From Acaryochloridaceae cyanobacterium VAR_48_metabat_390 (lineage in GTDB: Bacteria > Cyanobacteriota > Cyanobacteriia > Thermosynechococcales > Thermosynechococcaceae), in the NCBI GenBank assembly GCA_031422435.1, contig JANPLU010000033.1, forward strand, positions 12,686-76,685: a stretch of DNA of 64,000 nucleotides, given 5' to 3'. The notes under the pieces are model-generated. The model was not told the origin of the DNA. It did no database searches and was given only the letters and a program-made list of their open reading frames with translations. The number at the start of each line of letters is the position of its first letter. Position 1 is the first letter of the stretch. Shown piece by piece: positions 9,616 to 17,820 of the stretch. The translations under genes were made by a program, and so were the position numbers.

Positions 9616-10287
9616 TTACCCTATCACCAGCCCATCTTTGACGTGAATCGTGCGCTGCGTTTTAGCGGCAATGTCCGGCTCGTGGGTCACAATCACAATC
9701 GTAATGCCCTGACAGTTTAACTCCCCCAGCAGGCTCATTACCTCTTCTGAAGTTTCGGTATCTAAGGCTCCAGTAGGTTCATCAGCAAGGACAAGCGCCG
9801 GACGGTTGACAAGGGCACGGGCGATCGCCACGCGCTGCTGCTGGCCCCCAGAAAGCTGATTAGGGCGATTGAACAGCCGCTCCGTCAAGCCCACTCGCGT
9901 GAGAGCCTCCTCGGCACGGGCACGACGCTGGGGCTTAGGGATGCCTGCATAGACCATCGGCAGCATCACGTTATCTAGGGCAGTTGAGCGGTTGAGTAAA
10001 TTAAACTGCTGAAACACAAAGCCAATGCGCTGATTACGGATGTAGGCCAACTCGTCATTATTGAGAGTGGTCAAACTGCGGCCTTCTAAGATGTAGTGTC
10101 CATCCGTAGGACGATCCAAGCAGCCCAAAATGTTCATCAAGGTTGATTTACCAGAGCCAGAGACACCCATAATGGCAACGTATTCACCTTCTTCAATGGC
10201 GAGGTCAATCCCTTTGAGAACGGGCACGTCTACCTCGCCTAGGCGATAGGTCTTGATGATGTCCTCCATCCAAATCATGTTTACCAT
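9616..10287 (-). CDS. ABC exporter ATP-binding subunit (MacB/DevA/LolD-like)
   Basis: [27 protein letters not shown]; start set at MVNMIW to avoid overlapping the permease. Confidence 0.92.
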   Translation of the reverse strand: MVNMIWMEDIIKTYRLGEVDVPVLKGIDLAIEEGEYVAIMGVSGSGKSTLMNILGCLDRPTDGHYILEGRSLTTLNNDELAYIRNQRIGFVFQQFNLLNRSTALDNVMLPMVYAGIPKPQRRARAEEALTRVGLTERLFNRPNQLSGGQQQRVAIARALVNRPALVLADEPTGALDTETSEEVMSLLGELNCQGITIVIVTHEPDIAAKTQRTIHVKDGLVIG

Positions 10288-10292
10288 GATGG

Positions 10293-11555
10293 CTAATCGC
10301 TCCGTAAGGCCGTAATGGGGTCCAATTGAGAGGCATTGCGAGCCGGAATCACCCCCGCGACTAAGCCCACGACTAAAGCCAAAGCTAGTCCCGCAAAGAT
10401 AGACCATAGAGAAATTACAAAGGGAAATTTAAACGAGATTGAGGCTACAAACGCCAAACTGACTCCCATTGCCACGCCAATAGCACCACCCGCCAAAGAC
10501 ACCATGATGGCTTCTGCCAAAAACTGGCTTAAAACGGCGCTGTTGGTCGCCCCAATCGCCTTACGAATACCAATTTCGCGGGTGCGCTCTACTACCGAAA
10601 CCAGCATGATATTGGCAATGCCGATGCCGCCCACGACCAAAGAGATTCCGGCGATCGCACTCACCAAAACCGTGAACAGCCCCACCACGCTGCTAAAGGT
10701 GTTGATAATATCAATCTGACTGCTGATGCGAAAGTCATCAGGATTCGGCGGAAAAATACCGTGGCGAATCCGCAGCACGTTTGTTACCTGAAACTGAGCG
10801 GCCTCAAGCTGAGACTGATCTGCCGCCTTAATCCAGAATCCGCTAATGGCGGTGCCATTGAGAGAAGCATTTCCCACAATTTGGGCTGACATGGTGGTGA
10901 GCGGTACATAGACGCGGTCATCCTGATCCTGTCCGCCGACAGAACCCTTGGGTTCCATCACCCCCACCACGCGATAGCGTCCAGCCTGAATCCGGACGCT
11001 TTTCCCAATGGGGGTTTCTCCCGCTGCAAACAAATCGTCTTTTACCTTGCTGCCCAGGATTGTGACAGGCTCAGCATTGTTGAGATCGTCCTGAGTAAAA
11101 AACTGCCCTTCTTTCGGCTTAATTTCTTTTACGTCAGAGTAGCTCAAATCCACACCCAAAATGGAGGTAGAGCTGTTTTGCTCTTCATAAACCACCTGTC
11201 CACCCCGCTGCAAAAAGGCCGTCACAGCCTCTGCTGCTGGAGACTGCTGGGCGATCGCCTGAGCATCTTCCCACGTCAAGGTGGTGGCAGACCCAGACCC
11301 TTGGCTAATGCCACCCGAACGCGCTGCGCCCGATATCACCAGCATAACGTTGGTCCCCAACGCCTGAATTTGCTGTTCGGTGCCTTTCTGTACACCCTGT
11401 CCTACAGACGTCACCATGATGACCGAGGCAATGCCAATGATGACCCCCAGCATGGTGAGGCTAGTGCGAAGGCGATTGCTCCAAAGAGCCTCCACGGCCA
11501 TAGTCACAATTTCTAAAAATGAAATTTTAATGGTGCGAATGCGCTGGGTTTTCAT
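10293..11555 (-). CDS. ABC exporter permease (MacB/FtsX family)
   Basis: RTSLTMLGVIIG, GGIGIANIMLVSVVERTREIGIRKAIGA. Confidence 0.92.
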   Translation of the reverse strand: MKTQRIRTIKISFLEIVTMAVEALWSNRLRTSLTMLGVIIGIASVIMVTSVGQGVQKGTEQQIQALGTNVMLVISGAARSGGISQGSGSATTLTWEDAQAIAQQSPAAEAVTAFLQRGGQVVYEEQNSSTSILGVDLSYSDVKEIKPKEGQFFTQDDLNNAEPVTILGSKVKDDLFAAGETPIGKSVRIQAGRYRVVGVMEPKGSVGGQDQDDRVYVPLTTMSAQIVGNASLNGTAISGFWIKAADQSQLEAAQFQVTNVLRIRHGIFPPNPDDFRISSQIDIINTFSSVVGLFTVLVSAIAGISLVVGGIGIANIMLVSVVERTREIGIRKAIGATNSAVLSQFLAEAIMVSLAGGAIGVAMGVSLAFVASISFKFPFVISLWSIFAGLALALVVGLVAGVIPARNASQLDPITALRSD

Positions 11556-13108
11556 TAAAGTCCACCGCCCCTTCGCCTACCGCCACCGCCGCCACCACTG
11601 TCTAACCCAGGAATTACTGAAGGGGTGCGAGAGACGGGACGTTCCCCTTGGGGAAAGTTGAGAAGAACGCGATCGCCAACCGATAATCCAGAAGTGACCA
11701 CGGTTTTGCCTTCAACACTGACCCCTGTGACAATCGGCGTAAGACTAGAGCGATAACGATTGCTTTTACCGCTCCGCTCACGACCACCACTGCCAGCAAG
11801 ATACACCCCAGTGCCCTCAGCCTGCCGCACAATTGCCACAGTGGGCACCACCAGCGCATTTTTAAGAGTGCCGATATTAAATTTGGTATTAACGTTCATG
11901 CCCGATCGCAGCAGGTTTTGCGGATCGACTACCGAGGTTTGAACCTGAAAGTTCGTGACGTTTTGATCAACCGTTGACTGGGTGGCAACCTGGGTCACAA
12001 TGCCCTTAAAAAACTTGCCGGAATAGGCATCGGCCTCGATGGTGACAGGTAGCCCTACCTTTATTTTAGGAATGCTGGTTTCGGGTACTTTTACCACCAC
12101 TTCATTATTGGAGGCGACGGACAAAATTGAAGAGGACGTTGCCGAAGAAATGGTGCTGCCAGAGGTGGTTGGCGTTACGAAGGAGCCAGGGTCAGCAAAC
12201 TTACGGGTGACAGTGCCACTAAAAGGGGCGCGAATGACCGTATCGTTAATCTGCGTTTGGATGGTTTTGAGAGCGCCTTCGCTATTCAAAATCTGAGCGC
12301 GAGCGGCTTCAATATCTTCAGAACGCGCCCCTGCCGCCTGAAGACTGAGCGCCTGTTTAGCCTGCTCAACTTGAGCGCGGGCTGCGGCAATATCTTCAGG
12401 GCGAGAGCCAGATCGCTGCAGGCTAAACGCCTGCCGATTTTGCTCAACTTGGGCACGAGCCGTATCAAACGTTGCGCGGGAGGTATCCAAGTCTCTTAGG
12501 GCGATCGCCCCTGCGGTATAAAGCTGCTGATTTTGACGATAAGTCACTTCTGCCTGTCGCAGCGTCGCCTGGGCAGAACTAAGCTGCGCCTGGGATTGAG
12601 CCACATCTTGAAAACGATTGCCTGCCAAAAGCTTAGTTAAATTGGCTTGGGCAGAACTAAGCTGCGCCTTCGCCTGCGCCACCTCTTGAGGGCGATTGCC
12701 AGCCAGCAATTTATTCAAAGCCGCTTGCGAAGATGAGATCTGTGCCTGCGCCTGAACAAACTGTCCCTGAAAATTAGAGTCATCCATATAGGCCAGAATT
12801 TGGCCTTTCTCAACGCGATCGCCCTCTTTAACCAAAAGCTGTTTCAAAACGCCAGAATTTTTAGGGCTGACATTAACAGACTTATCAGGCTGTACGGTGC
12901 CGTTGGCCGTAATGGTAACGGGTAAATCTAACTTCTGTACAGTTGCCGCCTGAATTTTGCGACTGGCTTCTTGACGCTGAGCCGTCGAGATTTGGCTATA
13001 GACAACATAGCCTGCGATCGCCAATAGCCCTAGGCAGACAAATCCGATCACCCCTTTGGGAAGACGGGAAAGCTCAACCCCTTTAAGCTTAGTCCAGTGA
13101 AGTGCCAA
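11555..13108 (-). CDS. efflux periplasmic adaptor (MacA/HlyD/DevB family)
   Basis: N-terminal TM, lipoyl-like LLVKEGDRVEKGQ, long coiled coil, IRAPFSG; GGAGG RBS before the TTG start. Confidence 0.9.
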   Translation of the reverse strand: MALHWTKLKGVELSRLPKGVIGFVCLGLLAIAGYVVYSQISTAQRQEASRKIQAATVQKLDLPVTITANGTVQPDKSVNVSPKNSGVLKQLLVKEGDRVEKGQILAYMDDSNFQGQFVQAQAQISSSQAALNKLLAGNRPQEVAQAKAQLSSAQANLTKLLAGNRFQDVAQSQAQLSSAQATLRQAEVTYRQNQQLYTAGAIALRDLDTSRATFDTARAQVEQNRQAFSLQRSGSRPEDIAAARAQVEQAKQALSLQAAGARSEDIEAARAQILNSEGALKTIQTQINDTVIRAPFSGTVTRKFADPGSFVTPTTSGSTISSATSSSILSVASNNEVVVKVPETSIPKIKVGLPVTIEADAYSGKFFKGIVTQVATQSTVDQNVTNFQVQTSVVDPQNLLRSGMNVNTKFNIGTLKNALVVPTVAIVRQAEGTGVYLAGSGGRERSGKSNRYRSSLTPIVTGVSVEGKTVVTSGLSVGDRVLLNFPQGERPVSRTPSVIPGLDSGGGGGGRRRGGGL

Positions 13109-13146
13109 TCAAAATCCTCCAAACCCAATCTGTCGAAGGCATAGAA

Positions 13147-13255
13147 TAAATCTCTTGCACGAATATGCCTCTTTCCCTTAGCCCCCGTGGGAGAAGGGTA
13201 ACGCCTTTGGCGATAAGAAAGGAATGAGAGGAGTAGGATTAATGCCAGAGGTCTA
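13147..13255. repeat. degenerate MITE-like element of a second family
   Basis: Imperfect inverted ends TAAATCTCTTGCA / TGCCAGAGGTCTA (10/13) around a CCCTTAGCCCCCGTGGGAGAAGGG hairpin. Confidence 0.45.
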
Positions 13256-13579
13256 ATATATTGCCGAAGCGCTGCGGCTTCCTGTACTCAAATCATAGAA
13301 ACAAAATATCGAATCAGCATGGATCAAAGTTCCTAGATAGGCGTAGTACTAAAGCTCTAATTGAGCGAGAAGACACTATCGATGGATTGTCATTGCTGAG
13401 AGATCGTAAATATAAATCCCGTTTGTATAGAACGAGTCTTGACTCAGGAGACTGAACAGATGACGATGCAACTGAATCAAAGATTTTTTAAGATCTGTCT
13501 TTCTATCTCTCCTCCACTTCAAATTTTTGTCTTATGAGCTTCACAGTAACTTGTGTCAGGCAGACAGCACCCTTCAATC

Positions 13580-16500
13580 ATGAAAATTCTTCAAACTCAA
13601 ACCCTCCGAGGACCCAACTACTGGAGCGCTCGCCACTCCAAACTCATTCTGGTGCGACTGGATTTAGAAGGGTTAGCCGATAAACCTTCAAGCGCCCTGT
13701 CTGGATTCTATGACGGGATTGCGGCAATATTACCCAGCCTTGAGGCACATATCTGCGCGCCAGGATGTCGCGGTGGCTTTCTGAGCCGCGTGCAGGAAGG
13801 CACCCTAATGGGACACATTTTCGAGCGCGTGGCGCTGGAACTTCAGACCTTAACCGATATGTCCGTGGGGTTTGGCTGCACCCGCGAGACCACAACACCA
13901 GGCATTTTCCATGTTGTCATTGAATATGAAGCTGAGACGGCGGGTCGCTATGCCACCAGAGCGGCACTCCGTCTGTGCCAAAGCATTGTAGATACAGGCA
14001 CTTACTCTAAAGCCGAGCTAAGCAAAGATTTAGATGACTTGGCTCGGCGGCGCCGCCGAGCTACTTTGGGCGCAAGCACTGAGGCGTTGGTACGGGAAGC
14101 AGAAAATCGCAGCATTCCCTGGACACACTTAAAAAGTAGCGACCTATTTCAGTTGGGCTACGGCAAATATCAAAAACGGGTTCAGGCTGCACTAACCTCC
14201 CACAGCAGTGTCCTGGGAGTGGAGGTAGCCTGCCATAAGCAACAAACCAAAACGCTTTTAAAAAGTATGGGAGTACCCGTCCCATTAGGGATAGTGGTCT
14301 ACGCCTTCAGAGATTTAGAAAAGGCGATTGACCAACTGGGCGGCTATCCCATTGTCATTAAGCCTTTAGATGGCAATCACGGTCGAGGCATTACTATCAA
14401 TATCCAGTCTTGGAAACAGACCAAAATTGCCTATGATTGCGCCCGTGACATTTCTAATGGCGTGATTGTCGAACATTTCTATCAGGGGCGAGATCACCGA
14501 ATTTTGGTGGTCAACCATAAAGTTGTCGCAGTGGCGGAGCGGGTACCTGCTCATGTGGTCGGTGATGGACATTCAACCATCGCACAGCTCGTTGAGCAAG
14601 AAAACCAAGATGACCGTCGGGGCGAGGGTCACGATAATGTACTGACCCATATAGAGCTGGATAATGCAACGGATGAAACGTTAAGAAGTCAAGGCCACAC
14701 CCTCAATACTATTTTGCCGCCAGCCCAAATCTGCTACCTCCGAGCAACCGCCAATCTGAGTACAGGCGGGATCGCCATCGACCGCACAGACGAAATCCAT
14801 CCAGAGACCGTGTGGCTAGCGGAACGCGTATCTCGCATTATTGACCTGGACGTAGCGGGCATTGATGTGATTACAACCGATATTACTAAGCCCCTCACCG
14901 AGGCGGATGGCGTAATTGTAGAAGTGAATGCAGCCCCAGGGTTGCGGATGCATATAGCGCCTAGTCAAGGAGTAGGACGCAACGTGGCGGCACCCATTAT
15001 GGATATGCTGTTTCCACCTGGAACGCCAACACAAATCCCAATTGTGGCGGTGGCAGGTACGAATGGCAAAGCAGCGCCCACAACCCTCATCGCCCATATT
15101 TTTAGTCAGGTTTATAAAGAGGTAGGCTTTACAACCTCTGATGGAATTTATATCGGCGATCGCCCTCTTAAAACCATCAACCCTTCAACTTCTCAACACG
15201 CCCAGGTTATTCTGCAAGATCCAACCGTAGAGATTGCGGTTTTAGAAACAACGCAGGATGAGATTTTACAGTCAGGTCTAGCCTTTGAGCACTGTGATGT
15301 GGGCGTGGTTTTGAATGTAGCGGCAGATCAGTTGGGGTTAACGAACCTCAACATCATCAACCCACTCACCCGAGTAAATGCGGTCATCGCTGAGACGGTA
15401 CACCCTAATGGCTACGCCGTACTCAATGCGGATGACCCACAGGTTGCAGCAATGGCTAGACAGGTGGGGGGAAAAGTCGCTTATTTTTCAATGAATTCAG
15501 AGAATCTGGTGGTGCGATCGCACATTCAGCGAGGAGGCATTGCCGCAGTCTACGAAAAGGGACACCTGTGCATCTTGCAAGAAGACTGGGTTTATCAGAT
15601 TGAGCATGTTGCGCAAATCCCCAACGCATTGGGTGGCTGCACACCTTATCTTATTGCCAATGCCCTCGCAGCAAGCCTAACAGCCTTTGTTTTAGGGGTA
15701 AAAGTAGAGCAGATTCGGTCGGCACTGCGCAGCTACACCACCTCAGCTTGGCAAACCGTAGGGCAAACCACTTTATTCAACCTTAATTACTATGACTGCG
15801 AGCGAATTAAGCCGTATTTAGACCTCAAAGACGAAACGATTCCAACTCAAGGAGAACTAAAGCTCAGTCCGTCGCCTGTATTGATCCATTCCAATTCGCT
15901 GCCGCCTCTTGCTGCCTCTATGGAGCTTGAGAGCGCGTTGCGGCATACAAGCCAAACGCATGAAATCCCTCAGGAGCATTCGCTACACGAGAGGGTGCTA
16001 GCAGCAGTAGGTTCACATTCTGCAGCGGCTGTCTTAAACGGGAGTAGAGCGTTTGATACTCCAAGAATTGAGCCAAAACCGACTGAACCAGCCCATCACG
16101 TTCATCACAAGAAAAACACTCACGCTGAGCCATCACAGTCCAAAAAGGTCTTTGCTAAGTCCAAACCGCGCAGCTTTAAGGCATGGGTCGCCGAGGTTGT
16201 TTCCAACGTGGTGCAGAAGACTGTTAAAGAGGCTTTTAACTTAGGGGAAGTAGTGGGTACTACTGCGATCGCCGTTAGTCGCGTAGCGGCAGAGATGGCA
16301 CTTGAGAAAAGCAAAGAACTAGCGAAAACCGTCTGGAAAAAATTCCAAACAGCGACTCAGCTAGTCGATTCAGCCACCCTCGACCCAGCACTTCAGGATG
16401 TTATGGTTCTGTGGGGCAAAGATGGGCGATTTGTAAACGAACTGTTCATCTTTCAACAAACCTATACAGGCGTCGACGTTTATCTCAAGAATGGTACCCC

Positions 16501-16612
16501 TGTTTATATAGATGGAAAGTTAAATTCCCGTATAGATGGTCGCTTCAGTTTTGCGTTAAGCCAGATTCCTGAGAATATCGCCAAGGTCAAAGAACATCCT
16601 CATTATCCGTAA
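13580..16612 (+). CDS. cyanophycin synthetase paralog: intact ATP-grasp domain, degenerate Mur domain, unrelated C-terminal extension
   Basis: Colinear with cphA1 for 738 codons; P-loop GTNGKAAP; no DYAHNP lid; 1010 aa from ATG 13580. Confidence 0.9.
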   Translation: MKILQTQTLRGPNYWSARHSKLILVRLDLEGLADKPSSALSGFYDGIAAILPSLEAHICAPGCRGGFLSRVQEGTLMGHIFERVALELQTLTDMSVGFGCTRETTTPGIFHVVIEYEAETAGRYATRAALRLCQSIVDTGTYSKAELSKDLDDLARRRRRATLGASTEALVREAENRSIPWTHLKSSDLFQLGYGKYQKRVQAALTSHSSVLGVEVACHKQQTKTLLKSMGVPVPLGIVVYAFRDLEKAIDQLGGYPIVIKPLDGNHGRGITINIQSWKQTKIAYDCARDISNGVIVEHFYQGRDHRILVVNHKVVAVAERVPAHVVGDGHSTIAQLVEQENQDDRRGEGHDNVLTHIELDNATDETLRSQGHTLNTILPPAQICYLRATANLSTGGIAIDRTDEIHPETVWLAERVSRIIDLDVAGIDVITTDITKPLTEADGVIVEVNAAPGLRMHIAPSQGVGRNVAAPIMDMLFPPGTPTQIPIVAVAGTNGKAAPTTLIAHIFSQVYKEVGFTTSDGIYIGDRPLKTINPSTSQHAQVILQDPTVEIAVLETTQDEILQSGLAFEHCDVGVVLNVAADQLGLTNLNIINPLTRVNAVIAETVHPNGYAVLNADDPQVAAMARQVGGKVAYFSMNSENLVVRSHIQRGGIAAVYEKGHLCILQEDWVYQIEHVAQIPNALGGCTPYLIANALAASLTAFVLGVKVEQIRSALRSYTTSAWQTVGQTTLFNLNYYDCERIKPYLDLKDETIPTQGELKLSPSPVLIHSNSLPPLAASMELESALRHTSQTHEIPQEHSLHERVLAAVGSHSAAAVLNGSRAFDTPRIEPKPTEPAHHVHHKKNTHAEPSQSKKVFAKSKPRSFKAWVAEVVSNVVQKTVKEAFNLGEVVGTTAIAVSRVAAEMALEKSKELAKTVWKKFQTATQLVDSATLDPALQDVMVLWGKDGRFVNELFIFQQTYTGVDVYLKNGTPVYIDGKLNSRIDGRFSFALSQIPENIAKVKEHPHYP

Positions 16613-16658
16613 GGAAAAATTGAGCTAATACTGCGATAGAGAATCCTAGATTTGTTGG

Positions 16659-16694
16659 CAAAACCTGCCTCCACAAAACCTGCCCCCACAAAAC
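16659..16694 (+). repeat. 15-bp tandem repeat (2.4 units)
   Basis: CAAAACCTGCCTCCA CAAAACCTGCCCCCA CAAAAC. Confidence 0.8.
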
Positions 16695-16769
16695 ATTGTC
16701 TTTGTAGACTCAATTAAACTTGGGCTTTGCTTCAGCACAGTGATATTATGCAGCTCTTAGGATTATTTT

Positions 16770-17624
16770 ATGCCTGAGGTAAAACCTCTCCTAGCGCAAC
16801 AGTTTATGGCAATTTCAACCCAGTATCCAGTAATGGTTATTGGTGGAGCAGAAGACAAAGTCAACGGGTGCAGTATATTAACCGCTTTCTTTCAAAGTGC
16901 TGGTGGGGCGTTGGCGAAAATCGGCATCATCCCCTGCGCTTCGCAAGAACCCAGTGTCGTTGGTGATCGCTACTACCAGATCTTTGAGAACATGGGCGCT
17001 CAAAAAGTTCAGGTGCTTGATATTCGGCAGCCTCAAGAGTGTGATACAGAGGGCTGGCTCAATATCTTGGCAGACTGCACCGGTATTTTTGTCACCGGAG
17101 GCGATCAGGTGCGCCTATGTGACCTGATTGGCGGCAGCAAATTTATCGACTCTATTAAAACCAGGGTTAAGCTTGGCACTCTCGTATTGGCAGGCACCAG
17201 CGCGGGTGCTGCCATCATGGGTGAAAAGATGATTGCAGGCGGCAGCAGCGGAGAATCGCCCAACCAGCTATTGGTAGACCTGATGGACGGTTTAGGGATT
17301 TTTCCTGAACTGCTCGTCGATCAGCATTTTCATAATCGCAATCGCATGGCTCGACTGATGAGTGCGATCGCCGCCCATCCAGAAAAACTCGGCATGGGTA
17401 TTGATGAAGATACCTGTGCCGCGTTTGAAAAAGATGGAACCTTTGAAGTGATTGGCAAAGGAACGATTACCATCATTGATCCCGGCAGTTTGACCCATAC
17501 GAACCATCCTGAAGTTGCCGATCTCTCCCCCATCAGCCTGCATAACCTGACCGTACATGTGTTGAGCCAGGGCGATCGCTATCACTATCAACGCCGAAAG
17601 GTCTTGTCGCCCACTGAATCCTAG
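16770..17624 (+). CDS. cphB: cyanophycinase
   Basis: IGGAEDK, TGGDQ, GTSAGA (catalytic Ser), DQHF, RNRMARL, GIDEDT. Confidence 0.96.
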   Translation: MPEVKPLLAQQFMAISTQYPVMVIGGAEDKVNGCSILTAFFQSAGGALAKIGIIPCASQEPSVVGDRYYQIFENMGAQKVQVLDIRQPQECDTEGWLNILADCTGIFVTGGDQVRLCDLIGGSKFIDSIKTRVKLGTLVLAGTSAGAAIMGEKMIAGGSSGESPNQLLVDLMDGLGIFPELLVDQHFHNRNRMARLMSAIAAHPEKLGMGIDEDTCAAFEKDGTFEVIGKGTITIIDPGSLTHTNHPEVADLSPISLHNLTVHVLSQGDRYHYQRRKVLSPTES

Positions 17625-17676
17625 AGACTGAGCAACCCTCACGATTACCAGCATTGACGTCTGCCAATTCATGTCA

Positions 17677-17692
17677 TGTAGCCATTAATACA
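17677..17692. promoter_or_regulatory. NtcA-binding site
   Basis: TGTA-GCCATTAA-TACA, a perfect GTA-N8-TAC, between cphB and cphA1. Confidence 0.7.
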
Positions 17693-17820
17693 GAACTAGG
17701 CATTCACTTTGAAATTAATTAAGGTTTAAACCTCAAGCTGCTCAAAGCAACGTTGGACTCTCTAGACCTCGGCTTTGTCTTAAGCATCCTGTGAAACTCG
17801 CAGAGACTATCTCTACCTTT

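Noticed and set aside
13580..16612. Calling this gene canonical cphA2 or a simple pseudogene
   Set aside because: Too similar and colinear to the adjacent cphA1, much longer than typical CphA2, and without stops or frameshifts; losses are concentrated in specific active sites.
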